Below are positions 35,982-49,849 of a DNA stretch of 64,000 nt, piece by piece; within the stretch, counting starts at the first letter, position 1; the number at the start of each line of letters is the position of its first letter. A program made the position numbers and the translations under genes. This DNA comes from the human T2T-CHM13v2.0 reference genome, Homo sapiens. Location of the stretch: assembly GCF_009914755.1 (NCBI RefSeq), contig NC_060930.1; one strand, given 5' to 3'. The notes below the pieces were generated by a model that worked only from the letters and a program-made list of their open reading frames with translations, was not told where the DNA came from and did not search any database.

Positions 35982-37379
35982 TGTAACCAAGCAACTTGGC
36001 TTCAAACCACATTTTAAAACTTTGTTTTCTTTCCTCCTTTCTCCCCAATCTCAAGATATTACTTTAAGACAAGCTGCGTACGTGTTACCTTCCATCTTGA
36101 AATACAGCCTCAGAATGTGCTGTGAACCTCCACTCCCTTTCTTCTCCCATTCTGTGCTCCCATGCCTTATGCACATTTATTTACCTAGCTGTAGGTTAAG
36201 CACACACCATGCTCACTTATCTGGTCATATATTTCCTTCAAAGCTTAAGGAAATATATTACCTTTAGGGTCGGATCCTGATATGGACCAGGCACTTCCGG
36301 AATTCTCTCTCCAACAAAAGATTACTTCAAGGCCAGAATTCACTCCTGGCTGAAGATTGACTACAAGACTAACTGCAATTAATTTATAACCTGCCAGTTA
36401 TAAATAGAATCCACGATGGTACCAGCCCCTTCACCAGATGGAACAATAATTCAAGATAAGCCATCAGAGCAAGTCATGTCATGGGGCACCTCCTAGTGAA
36501 ACTGCCACTGCAAAATTGTAACAGACAGTGAAAGAGATCTGGCCTAACTAACTCTATCTTGCTTCTAACCTCCAAGCTGTTCTTGTTTATTCCTGGGCAT
36601 AGGCTGAACTAACTGGGAGGAACTTAGTTTATAGTTTAACACAGAGACAATAACAGCCTTTTCACAAAACAAACCTCCTTCTTGCCTGGGGACTAAACTG
36701 ACTTTGTAGGACTAACAAATTAGCCACAAGATTAGAAATATGGTTTAGAGTCATGCAGCTGGAGACTACAAGATTCTAACCCTCCCTAAACTGCTCCTGA
36801 GATCAGTGCTTGAGATATTTTACAGACCCTGCAGTTGATGGATCAGCTGGCACCACCCAGATGGATAAACTGGCTCATGTGATCTTGTGGCCCCCACCCA
36901 GGAACTGACTCAGTGCAAGAGGACAACTTCAATTACCTATGATTTCATCTCGGACCCAACCAATCAGCACTCTTGACTCACTGGCCTCCCCTACCCACCA
37001 AATTATCCTTAAAAACTCTGCTCAAATCAGTCAGGGAGACTGATTTGAGTAACAATAAAACAACGGTCTTCCGCACAGCTGGCTCCAAATGAATTACTCT
37101 TTTTGTATTGCAGTTCCCCTGTCTTGATAAATCGGCTCTGTCTAGGCAGTGGGCATGGTGAACCCACTGAGTAGTTACACTAGCCCCCTGTGTCTTCTGC
37201 ATTCCAAACCCTTTCTTTAAAATCCCCTGCAATCCCTCCAAAAATCAAAGAGTAGAATTTTTTTCCTGTCCTTCCCCTTGCTGGCACAGATAATAAAGTC
37301 TTGCTTCTTCTTTATCATATTTCGTTATTTTGGCTTGTTTCTGCAAGTGGCAAGCAGCCAGACCCTTTTGCTGGTTATG
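35982..37379 (+). mobile_element. ERV1-type solo LTR (family not assigned) split by LTR8
   Basis: TGTAACC..GGTTATG inverted termini; AATAAA near 37291; TSD CTCT at 35978-35981 and 37380-37383. Confidence 0.75.
36497..37179 (+). mobile_element. LTR8 solo LTR
   Basis: TGAAACTGCC..GCAAAATT..GACAGTGAAAGAGATCT start and TTACA end match the recalled LTR8 consensus; TSD CTAG at 36493-36496 and 37180-37183. Confidence 0.9.
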
Positions 37380-37651
37380 CTCTAACAGACATTTTCTCCA
37401 CAAACTCCATCAGGCTCATAATAAAGATTGGGACAGTTCAGAGACAGGAAGACAAGCTGCTGTAGAAGGAAGAAACTCCACATGGTCCCCTCTCAACTCT
37501 CATACAGAATAAATGAGCCTTAAATTGTGGGAGAGGGCCAAACAAACACTGTCACCCTTAAGGCATTGGTGAATGCAACTCTCCTCACCTCATAAACATT
37601 GCAAATATAAAAAATATAATAAGGGAATGCTATGAATGCCTGTATGTCCAT

Positions 37652-38098
37652 TGTATTGGTTTCCTACTAACAAATTATCACTGGGTAGTTTAAAACAGGA
37701 TAAATATATTCTCTCACAGATCTGGAGACAAAAAGTCTAAAGTCAAGGTTTCAGCAGGGCCAGGCTCCCTCCTAGCTATAGGGAAGAATCCTTCCTCGCC
37801 TCTTCAAGGTACTAACAGTTGCTAGCAATTCTTGGCATTCCTTGGCTTGTAGTGGTGCACTGCTATCGATCTCTGCCTCCATGTTTACACAACATTCTCC
37901 ATCCGTTTGTGTCTTTGTCTCTGTTTTCTCTTCTTATATGGGCACCAGTTTTTTTTTTTTATTAGGGCTCACCTTAATCCAATACAAACTCATTTTAACT
38001 TAACTAATTACATCTGCAAGTACTCTGTTTTCAAGTAAGGTCATTTGAAGGTTCTAAGTGAACATAAAATTTTAGGAAATACTATGCAACTCAGTACA
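37652..38098 (-). mobile_element. MLT1B/C-type MaLR LTR inside an old L1M
   Basis: TTCTCTCACAG..TCAAGGT..CAGCAGGGCC..GGGAAGAATCCTTCCT..TACATCTGCAA motifs. Confidence 0.8.
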
Positions 38099-38099
38099 A

Positions 38100-39290
<1,191 letters not shown>

Positions 39291-39340
39291 AAGATTATTA
39301 AAAGGTTTTTGAGTTTATTAAAGTGTCCTATAATAATTAC

Positions 39341-39637
39341 TTTTTTCTTTTGAGACAGTCTTGCTGTGTTGCCCAGGCTGGAGTGGAGTGGCCTGATCTT
39401 GACTCACTGCAACCTCTGCCTCCTGGGGTGAGTTCAAGTAATTCTCATGCCTCAGCCTCCTGAGTAGCTGGGATTACAGACATGCACCACCACACCCAGC
39501 TAATTTTTTGTATTTTTAGTAGAGATGGGTTTTTGCCATGTTGGCCAGGCTGATATTGAACTCCTGGCCTCAAGTGATCTGCCTGCCTTGCCCTCCCAAA
39601 GTGCTGGGATCACAGAAGTGAACCACCGCACCCAGCT
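39341..39637 (-). mobile_element. Alu (S/J)
   Basis: Reverse dimeric Alu; TSD-like AA(G/A)TGTCCTA. Confidence 0.93.
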
Positions 39638-39904
39638 GAAATGTCCTACAATGATTTTTTATTTAATTTTCCATTTATAGTTTAAAATTAGCTTGTCGAG
39701 CTTATTTTAAAATCCTATGGTGATGTTTTATTGGGATGGAAATAAATTTAGAAATTCATTTGAAAGAAATTAAACTCTGAAACTTTTCTTCCAAGAATAT
39801 ATTTCTGTAGTACTCAGGCCTTTGCTAAAGTTGATATTTTTCTGTATTACTTTTACTTTTCTTAATAGAACTTCCTTTTTCAGTTTCTAATCGTTATTTC
39901 TGTT

Positions 39905-40776
39905 GTATTTTTTTCTTTCTATTTTAGTCCTGAGGTCTCTCTCAAGAGAGTGGCTATAAACTCTAGCTCTGCCCTGACAGAGATCCAGGGAGTTTGGTCA
40001 TAGATGTTTACAATGTGCCTTTCATGGGATACTTCTTTATTCTGGTGGACAGCCTAATGCCTATGTATTTGACCCATGACCACGTGTCCCTCTTACAGGA
40101 CACTTGTTTATACCGGCAGAGACTCTATGGCTCTTATCTAACCTGTGTCCAGTTTATTTCAACCAAGAGACCCTCTCTCTAGGAGAGCTCTGGCTGAGTA
40201 AGAAGTTAAGTTCAGGTGTGTTGGTCAGGTAAGACACAGCAAAGGCAACTCAACAAAACATATAAAACAAAAGAAGCATTTTATTACTTACAGATCCCAG
40301 AGAGGAAAGGGCAGCATGCCTCACAGGACCAACAGAAAGCGGGCCATCCAGTAGGTGAGAAGCAAGAGAGAGTGAGAAATCTGTGGGCTGAAGACTTCAA
40401 TGGGGTCCAGAGTATTACCCAAACAGATTTCCTGTGGGGAGTTCTAATTGGTGGGTTTGGAGCAAGCACACATGAGCTCCATCAAGAGGTAAATGAGAAT
40501 TGGTCAATGCAGAAAGTCTGAGTAGTCCATGTGGGGCGTGGGTGGTGATCAGTGGGTCAAGTCAAGTTGGTTGAATCTTGCTATCCAATACAGAGGTGGT
40601 CACCAGGATGTGATTATATATGACAGATTTCTGGATCAGCCACATTGAAGAACTAGGAGGAGATGGAGAACTGAAAAATGTGCAAGATTGATTAAGCCCT
40701 GCTTTTGGTATGAGAAAGTTAAACCTATATTTAGAATGGATGTCAAGACAACATAAAATTATAAGAATTCACCATA
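39905..40776 (-). mobile_element. ERVL-type solo LTR (MER54-like)
   Basis: Minus strand starts T(A)TGGTGAATTCTTATAATTTTATGTTG..TAGGTTTAACTTTCTCATACCA, matching my recollection of MER54; the subfamily call is uncertain. Confidence 0.6.
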
Positions 40777-41116
40777 TCTGGTATACAGCAACAAAAAGGT
40801 TTGTTACTTATTTTGTGTGTTGGTTTATTTACTTTAGCAAATGCTCATTAGTTCTAATAGTTTGCTTGATAAACTTTTAGGATTCTTTAGATACATCATC
40901 ATAACATTTTTTAAGTCAGTGTTTTTATTATCTCAAGTATTTCTTACTGATTTCTTCTTCGCTTATCTTTTTTCATACCTGCGAAGCACACATGAGACTG
41001 AAGTATTAGCCAGCTTATTGAAACCTTATTGAAAAACAAGAGACACACCTGAGGATGAAAGCATGATCCACAGATAAAGGGGCAGAAATGTAGACAAAGT
41101 TTGGGTTCTGTGGTAA

Positions 41117-41473
<357 letters not shown>

Positions 41474-42212
41474 TGAGACAAACATCTAATTGTTTAAGTC
41501 ACTCTACATGGGTTTTCTTGTACCTTGCCTCTGAGTATGTTCCTACCTCAAAGACCTTATACTCATAGTACTAATCATTAGTGAATGTTAAATTTAATAG
41601 AATGCTTTTTGGTATCTACTTGTTCACTTTATATCCTTTTAAATCTTTTTAAATTATATGCCAAGTGTGTATGTACTTATGTACAGAGAGGAGGTAAAAG
41701 ATAGATGTCAAATCTGTCTATATTTATGTGAAGTATTTTTTTGGTGAGAAATATCTGTCCTATGATTTTTTTTCTCACTTTAAGCTGTGAACATGGTCCT
41801 CAAACTTTCAATCTTGCTCCTTCCAGGCCCACGATAAACCAGCCAAACCCATTTACCACTGCCCAGGATCATATGTATATACTTACTATATACCTAAAGG
41901 TGATGACTAGAAGGGCTGACTGAAAGTCTGCCTTCTGAGAGTATTTCTTCTCACTGTCTTTCTGGGATGCCCTTGAGTGGAGATATATATCAGCACCATT
42001 CCATTTTTGGCTCTCACCAACATAGCAAGCTTAGTCATCTGTTAACCATGCCAGTGTTTTTCTTCCTATTTCAGGTGGTCCTAGCGAATCTCCCGTAAGT
42101 TTATTGGTGTAAGCTGACAGAGAGGCATTGGTGAATGAAAAGTAAATGACATAGGAATCTGGACCACCTATTTGCCCCAGACCACTGGACTCTTAAAAAT
42201 GTTATTGATGTG

Positions 42213-44598
42213 GCATGCTGCCCCGGGAAGACTGTGGCGCTGTGGTGTGGCATGGGAGCCAGGTTCTTTAGTGGAAGAATGTGAAGTGAGGATGAATGAT
42301 CCATGGAGGCAGTAAAAGGTGCCGCGAGGGAGACATGATTCCCAAAGCACTGAGCTGGTGGCCCAGCAACAGGTAATACGAGAAATGAAGCCAACAGGTG
42401 CAGACCCAAGGATCTTATCTCTAGCTGCTGAAGTTGCAAAAAGCCCTGAGTGGAATGTCCCTGTTATACTGTTGAAGTTAAAAGCCATTGCTGTGCAGGC
42501 TTGGAGCCAGGAGAAGATGCAGAGGAACTTTCCAATGAATTACTTCCATCAGCTGCAGAAAATTTTCTAGTTTTGGGGAGATAATGGCAAACATGTTTTA
42601 TCAATGCAGCTAAGGCTGAAGAAAAAGATGAGTTACTAAAAATTGTGACTGATTGGCTCTTCTGGCTTTTGGGAGGCCATGTTGAACTTATTCAGAATGT
42701 ACTACAAAGTGATCATTTCTTACACTTACTGCAAGTTGACAATGTCCAAATAGGATCAGCACTCATGATGATGCTACAGAATATACTATAGAGCAACAGT
42801 GGTGATTTACTCAGAACAGGAGGAAAAGCCGTGCATTCAATTTTAGATGAAGTTATTTTCAAGCTTTTTTCAACTCCTAGTCCAGTCATAAGAAGTACTG
42901 CTGCAAAACTCCTACTGTTGATGGCTGAATCCTATCAGGAAATTTTGATTTTACTGAGACAAAGTGCCTGCTACAAAGGACTCAGAAGTCTACTAAGTAA
43001 ACAGGAAACTGGGACAGAATTCAGTCAAGAACTTAGACAGCTCATTGGCCTTTTAAGCCCAACGGTCTATCGGGAAGTAGAAAAGCAGAAACTACATCAA
43101 GCAGCATGCTTGATTCAAGCCTATTGGAAGGGTTTTCAGACAAGAAAGAGATTAAAGAAGCTTCCATCTGCTGTGATTGCTTTGCAGAGGAGTTTCAGAT
43201 CTAAACGAGCAAAGATGTTGCTGGAGATAAATAGGAAGAAGGAAGAAGAGGACCTCAGATTGTGATTGCAACTTCAAAGACAGAGAGCCATGAGACTTTC
43301 CCAAGAATTGTGGCTGAGTATGCTCAAAGTAGTTCATCCAGGTCAAGTGGAGAAACACAATTGGGAAATGGAAGAGAAATCAGCACTGATTATCCAGAAA
43401 CATTGGAGAGGGTACAGGGAAAGGAAAAATTTTTGCCAACAGAGGCAGTCTCTCACAGAATATAAAGCAGCTGTCATACTTCAAAGAGCAGTGTTTAAAT
43501 TCCTAGCAAAGTGCCGTAAGAAACAGAAACTATTTGTTCCTTGGTGAGGACTCCAAGAACTCACTGATGCATGCCGAGCTGAACTGAAGCAACAAGCGGA
43601 TGACTATGTCAGAAGACATTCGGGCTCTCCAATGTCAGATGTGGTCAGTAGCAAGCCCCATGCCCGAGCTTAAGAACGACTGCAACACTACTTTATGGGC
43701 AGGGCCCTGGAAGAGTGAGCCCAGCAACACAGAGAAGCTCTGATGGTACAGATCAGCACTAACGTTGAACAGCTAATGAAGGCACCAAGTCTGAAGGAAG
43801 CAGAAGGGAAAGAACCTGAGCTCTTCCTAAGATCCAGGCCTGTGGCAGCCAAGGCCAAGCAGGCCCATCTCACCACCCTGAAGCATATACAACCCACGCC
43901 GGTTGAAGAAGCTTGGGGAAGAATCTGGAGATGAGATTGATGTTCCAAAGGATGAGCTTAGTGTGGAATTAGAAACTTTATTCATTGGTGTAACCAAACC
44001 ACCTAGTGAGTTACCCTAAGAATTGACACAAATCTCATATTTTAGGAGATTATATTGGTTCTGCCTCTGGCATGCTGGTAGACTAGGGCCATCTCAACTT
44101 ATTGTTTTCCAGAGGTTCTCCTCCAGACAAGATTTGCAGTAAGCAAAGAGTTATACTCTACCTGTCTCTAAATTTTCTTTTTCTTTTCTCTGTATCCTTG
44201 TCATTGGCCACACACACACAGATTTGTGTGGCTTTTATTGTAGAACTAAACTTAGCATAGTGTTCTGTTGTTTACATGAAGTGTGAGTTTTCTTTTGTTT
44301 CTGCTGTTTTCCAACTAAAGATTTTTTTCTAAGTAAATATTTTCAACAATTGATTTGAAAAAATTTGTCAGGATTATTTCAGCTTTTCACATTTATTATC
44401 TGAAATTCCTATTTCCTATTAATGTAGGAGGTGGATGCAGACTTTATTAATATGAGGAAAAGAAATGCTCAGTTGAAGGACATTTCCCTATTTTCTATAA
44501 AACAATGGTTAAATTCATTTTCTATTTTGTTATTTCTAAAAGGAACTACATATAAAAATGCATTCTTTCTATTAAACTATGAGGACTATATAAAAAAA
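42213..44598 (+). pseudogene. IQCB2P: Processed pseudogene of IQCB1 (NPHP5)
   Basis: Intronless. ATG at 42385 (MKPTGADPRILSLAAEVAKSPE); IQ motifs IQAYWKGFQTRK and IQKHWRGYRERK; C-terminus ..ELETLFIG near 44000; several stops and frameshifts; ATTAAA at 44571; short poly-A; TSD GTTATTGATGTG at 42201-42212 and 44599-44610. Confidence 0.95.
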
Positions 44599-45374
44599 GT
44601 TATTGATGTGATAGAACTCTGTATCTTGTGGAATTTATCTCCCACATGTTACAGTACATATGTTCTAAAGGGCATCTAGAATAGTTGCCACTTCCTGTGC
44701 ATGAGGCCAATTAATATAATGTCATCAATATAGTGACAGGATGTGTTCTTCAGGATTTCCAGATGATCAAATTCTCGTCAAACTCTACTATTGCTTAAGA
44801 CCAAAAAGTTAACATAGCCCTAAAACAAATTGTAAATGTATACTGTTGTTTATACCAAGTGAACCCAAACTGCTTCTGATTGTTCTTTTTGATGGGGGTT
44901 TAAGAAGTATTCTTTTCAATAAGATCAATAAGTGCATAGTAAGTACAGGAGTTTGTGTGGATCTGTTTTATTAAAAATAGTATCACACATCAGTGGCAAT
45001 GATGCTACTATTTGGCGAAGTTTGCAGTAATCCATTATCTCCCATCACAATCCATCTAATTTTTGTAGGAGACAGATTGTTGAATGAAATGGGAATACGA
45101 TGAGAATAACTATCCCCCTACCTAAAAATCTTTAAGGGTAACAGTCATCTGCCATTTCACCTGTGATGTTGTATTGATTCTGATGTACTATCTTGGCTAG
45201 ACATTAGGGGCAGTTTAATCGGCTTCCTTTTAGCCTTTTATACCACAATGTCCCGTAGTCAACAGGTCAAGAACCAATGTGAAAGTTTTACCAGCTACTA
45301 AGTAAATTCATCCCAGTATACTCACCGGGGCTGGGAAAATGATCACTGGGTGCATCCGTGGACACACTGAACTC

Positions 45375-45895
45375 TATGATAAGCATAATGGTTTCCAAAG
45401 ATGTGCCCCCAAAGATGTCACTAGAACCTGTGAATATGGTTTCTTTTATGACAAAGGGGACTTTGCAGATGTGACTAGGGATATAGAGTCTGAGATGAGG
45501 AAAATGTCTTAATTGTCCAAATGGGCTTATCTAAGATAATCACATGAGTTCTTGAAGGTCAAGAATCTTTCCCAGTTGTGGTCAGAGAGAGACGCAATGA
45601 CAGAAGAAAAGTCAGAAAGATGTATCTCGAGAAAGAAGGAGCCAGACGTTGTTAGCTTTGAAGATGGAGAGGGGGCAATAAGCCAAAGAATGCAGACAGC
45701 CTCCAGAAGATGGAAAAGGCAAGGAAACAAAACCTTCACTAGAGTATCCAGAAGGGAATGCAGCCTCCAACACCTAGATTTCAGCTCAGTGAAATCCATG
45801 TTAGACTTTTGGCCTACAGAACTCTAATAAATTTGTAGAGTTTTAATTCACTAAGTTTGAGATAATTTGTTATAGCTGCAATATAAATCTAATAT
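45375..45895 (+). mobile_element. MLT1D-like MaLR LTR
   Basis: CCCCCAAAGATGTC..GAACCTGTGAATATG..GGGACTTTGCAGATGTGA..GGAAAAGGCAAGGAAAC..AATAAATTTGT. Confidence 0.85.
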
Positions 45896-46309
45896 AGTCC
45901 CCCTTTGGGGATGGACTTACCCCAGAACTTCATTTATCAATTGTCCTAGTGGCTTCACTCTAATAGGGGGTCCACGATGTCATTTTGTGTCTCCTGGCAT
46001 CAATGCTATCTTGACCCCCATATCCAAAAATCCTGAAAAATATGAGAATTCCTCTTTCCCCAATATGTAGTTATTCTGGTAAATTACTACAGTGCCAAGT
46101 ACGGAAGAACTGGGAAAATTGCTACCAAAGACCAAACAAAGTCTCGATTCATATGAATGCTGTGGTATTATAGGTCCTTCTTCAGTGGGAACTGGTCTTT
46201 CTTTCATTCCATGGTCTCTTATTCTAGATCCTCGCTCATATCTGGAAACTGGGAAAAGGATTTTGATTTAACTAGATGGAGTCCAATTGCTACAGATCCC
46301 TACGGGTTA

Positions 46310-47920
46310 TAGACCTTTGGAGAAATGGCTGATCCAGAGGTGGGAAAAGGGAAGTATAAGTTTGCCCTGAAATATCTTGTACTAAAAAGTAAGGAAGTGT
46401 TCAAAGAATGACTGGGACATGTGAAAAGGACAAAGAGCCATGGTTATGTAAAATGTTGACATTAGAAAAGCTGGGTAAAGAGTATATGAGAAGTCTCTGT
46501 TCTATATTGCATCTCTTCTGTGAATATAAAATTTTTCCAAATGAAATGTTTCTTTAAAGTGGACATAAAAGCCAGGTTAAAGGAATTCCCACTGTACAAA
46601 TTTGGGAAAGTTGAGCATCAAAATAAATCATGATATTAATATACTATAACCCGTATATATTCAGAAAGAAGGAAGGAAGGAAGGAAGGAAGGAAGACTGA
46701 TTTTTCCTTGGAGTAGAATGCCAATTAATAACTATAGAAAGAACGATAGAATTAGAAAATCATAATTAATTCAGCCAAGAAACATCAATGGGCTGCCACA
46801 CTAAAACAAGTGTGGCAAGTTTAATGAGGAATGGGATACTTACATCTCATAGCCCTATAAAATACTTATTAATTACAATGAGAAAGAAGAATACTTTTCA
46901 GTGGAAAAACCTTAACCAAGTGATCAAAGTTCACATCATTTGTAATGGGCCAAACTGACATGTGTCTTCCCCATACAATGCAAAGAGGACACAGGCTTAT
47001 TTCTGTGACATTTCTGCCAAAGATGTGTAACCTCTATCTAATCATAAGGAAATATTGAATAATTTCAAATTGAGAAATTCGGATCATTTTATAAAATAAC
47101 TACCATGTACCCTTCAAAATATCAAAGTCATGGAAGTCAAGCAAAGACTGAGGAACTTTTCCACATTGAAGAAAACTAAAACACATGAGATCTTAGATTG
47201 GATCCTTTTGCTAAAAGAAACATTACTGGAAGACTATACTTTCAGGGATCATTTCTACATTTCCGGGTAATTTCTTTGAACATGTGGAGCACCGGAAACC
47301 ACCAGGAGGAGGCACAGCATTTTCTCTGGAGCGTGAAGCCAGTTCTTGGTGTTGCTGCATAGCAACTGCCATTTGCCTTTGATGATCATTCTTCTTTTCC
47401 TTTAGGAGAATAAGAGGGGGAGAACCCAGTCTGAGGGATTCCTGTTTAAAACAAACAAACAAACAACAACAACAACAACAAAAATTATTGGGACAATTGT
47501 TAAAACTTGAATGGAGGCCGGGCACAGTGGCTTACGCCTATAATCCCAACACTTTGGGAGGCAGAGGCGGAAGAATCACTTAAGCCCAGGAGTTCAAGAC
47601 TAACCTGGGCAACATAGTGAAACCTCGTCTCAATAAAAAACAAAAATAAGTAAAATTAAACTAAGATTAATAAAAATTTTTAAAAACCTTGAATGGACTG
47701 TGTAATCTAGATGATAGTAATATGTAAATGTAAGTTTCATTATTTTAACGGTTGTATGGTTAAGTAGGATAATCTTTTTGTTTGTAGGAAATACACTAAG
47801 GTATTTGGGTGTGATAGAGCAAACTGCTCCTAAATGATTCAGGGAAAATAAAATTATCTGTACTACTCTTACAACTCTTCTGTAAGTTTGAAATCATCAT
47901 AGAATTTAAAAAACAAAAAA
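46310..47920 (+). mobile_element. Old L1 (L1MC/L1ME-type) 3' UTR hosting the U3 retrocopy and a FLAM (47516-47660)
   Basis: CCTTAACCAAGTGATCAAAGTT..CATCA, AAAGACTGAGGAACT..GATTGGATCCT, GTAGGAAATACAC motifs. Confidence 0.7.
47230..47440 (+). pseudogene. Full-length U3 snoRNA retropseudogene
   Basis: Starts AAGACTATACTTTCAGGGATCATTTCTA (U3 5' end, box A); box B GAGCGTGAAG, box C TGATGA and box D CTGA are present; followed by a decayed A tail (AAAC/AAC)n. Confidence 0.93.
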
Positions 47921-49763
47921 CCTTCTGGTACCTAAACCAAAATGAAATCTTTTGGAATGGTTTCAGGACTGGCTAAATCTCCTCAGCCTCAAAGATGAGC
48001 TAATGGAGATAAGCATCTTACCTGAAATGAAACAAGTCTGCCCCCATCCCTGCAGGTGTACTCAAAGTCTAAGGGAAATGCAGATGTTAGAAGTTTTCTT
48101 AGACATGTCCCACTGGTCTTCCTTTCTGGACAGAAAAGCAAATTTGTCTAATTGCTTCAATGGAGCATATATTCCCGAAAGCTTCAGTGAAGAGAATAAA
48201 ACATTTTTAGCTCTCCAATCTGAGATGTTTTGTGAAATGTTAAAGTATAAATTGTCCTTATTACTTCAGAATAGTTCTTTAGGAGTCTGAGATCAGATTC
48301 TCAGACTCCTACTGTGGGGTATGCCGAAGACTATCAAGAACTTCAGGATGACTTCACAAATGGAAAATGTACCAATTTAACAGGAATCCTGCCACTGTGT
48401 TTCAGCTTAACACAAGTTGAGGGTCACAGTGTCCTGAAGTCAGGATTGTGGTAGTGAATTACACATTTGTTTGGTGAATGGTCTCTCTCTTTCAGACTGG
48501 CCTCCCTGTAGGAATTATTTATGCAAGTTCAGAAGCAAGTTACAAGGTGAAGTCACAAAAGGGCAAATATTCTCAAGAACAGAGACCACTGACCAGCTCC
48601 TAATACTAAAACTAATCTTCAGAAGTAAGAAAAGAAGACTAAGAGATGAAGAAATAGAACGGAAGTAAGTCCTGACACTATTTCCTCATGGATACTTTAA
48701 GAAAAGGCAAGTACAATTTTAATTATTTAACTTTTTCTGTATTTTCTAACAATAAATTGTTTTTATTATCTATTAACCATAAAAATACGATTGACAGTTA
48801 TACTTAATATAAGGGCTATATTTTCTTTGAAGTATTCCTTTGAAGATACTTCGTTTGAAATATCTAGGAAAAAAGAGGGGAATAAAGACAATTACATAAG
48901 AAAGGAAATACTAGACTGAAACATAACTTTAAATATAGTTGATAATAGAAACAAGCCAGATAATAATAGAAGTAGAATTCATGTAGACAAATAAAGTACT
49001 AAAAACTCATTCTTATAAAATTGCAGACTGTCAAAGTTCAGACTCCTGGATTCCCACACAGAACTTCTACCCAAACTTCAACAATCCTATATATTATATT
49101 CATCAGTTGTGAATTATTATGTCAGAAACATAAAGCTATACTAAAATTCTTCAGCTTTCATTTTTGGGCCCATGCTTAGTATTGTTAAAAACTTATTTGT
49201 AGAACATTCATGTTTTTGATATAAATTGTATGAATACAATTTATTTCAAAACATTTCCTTTGGCTGAAAACTCCATAGCCTTAAGAAAACTTTATTAAAA
49301 AGACAAAGTCTTTCAGACATTTGCAAAAATGCATCAGTAATAACCCTAATTCATCACACTGGATAAAATTTCTATCTGGTTAAGATTTCATCACTTCAAG
49401 CTAAAGCGGAAGGAGGTTTTTATATTGATATTGGAAAAGTCCTTGATTGTATTGGATGCCATTATTCTTATCTCTAAACATGAACTGATGTCACCATTTC
49501 TTTATATCAGTCTCAGTTTTGATAACAAATTGACTCTCTTAAACTTCTTAAGCAGATTGATAATTCATGCACTTCCTTGTATCCAGTGACTCTAATCTTA
49601 AACAAATGGAACATAAAATACTGAACCAATTAGCAAAATGAACTGTTTCTTAAACGTTTATAACAATCTATGGATCTTATTGTGCCTAAATAGATTAATC
49701 ATTTTAATTTTTTTAAAAATTTAAAATTTCTCTAAAGTTTTCTTTTGCTTTCTAGATACACAA

Positions 49764-49766
<3 letters not shown>

Positions 49767-49807
<41 letters not shown>
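49767..49807. repeat. (CA)n microsatellite
   Basis: Visible directly. Confidence 0.95.
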
Positions 49808-49849
49808 GTGGCAATTAAATATTCGTGCCTTGAAAAGTGAGAAAGGATA

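Larger units (their letters stand above)
41740..46300 (-). mobile_element. Decayed ERV-L-class internal pro/pol remnant, interrupted by the IQCB1 retrocopy and MLT1D
   Basis: Minus-strand RT motif HYIDDIILIG (YIDD at 44721-44732), FLRVQWSGA near 42180, RNaseH-like SWAVVNG near 41850, protease-like FLDMGVKIALMPGD near 46000. Confidence 0.8.

Noticed and set aside
42831-43934. IQ-motif ORFs as a novel calmodulin-binding retrogene
   Set aside because: They are stop-separated fragments of the IQCB1 retrocopy with non-ATG or internal starts and no sign of selection.
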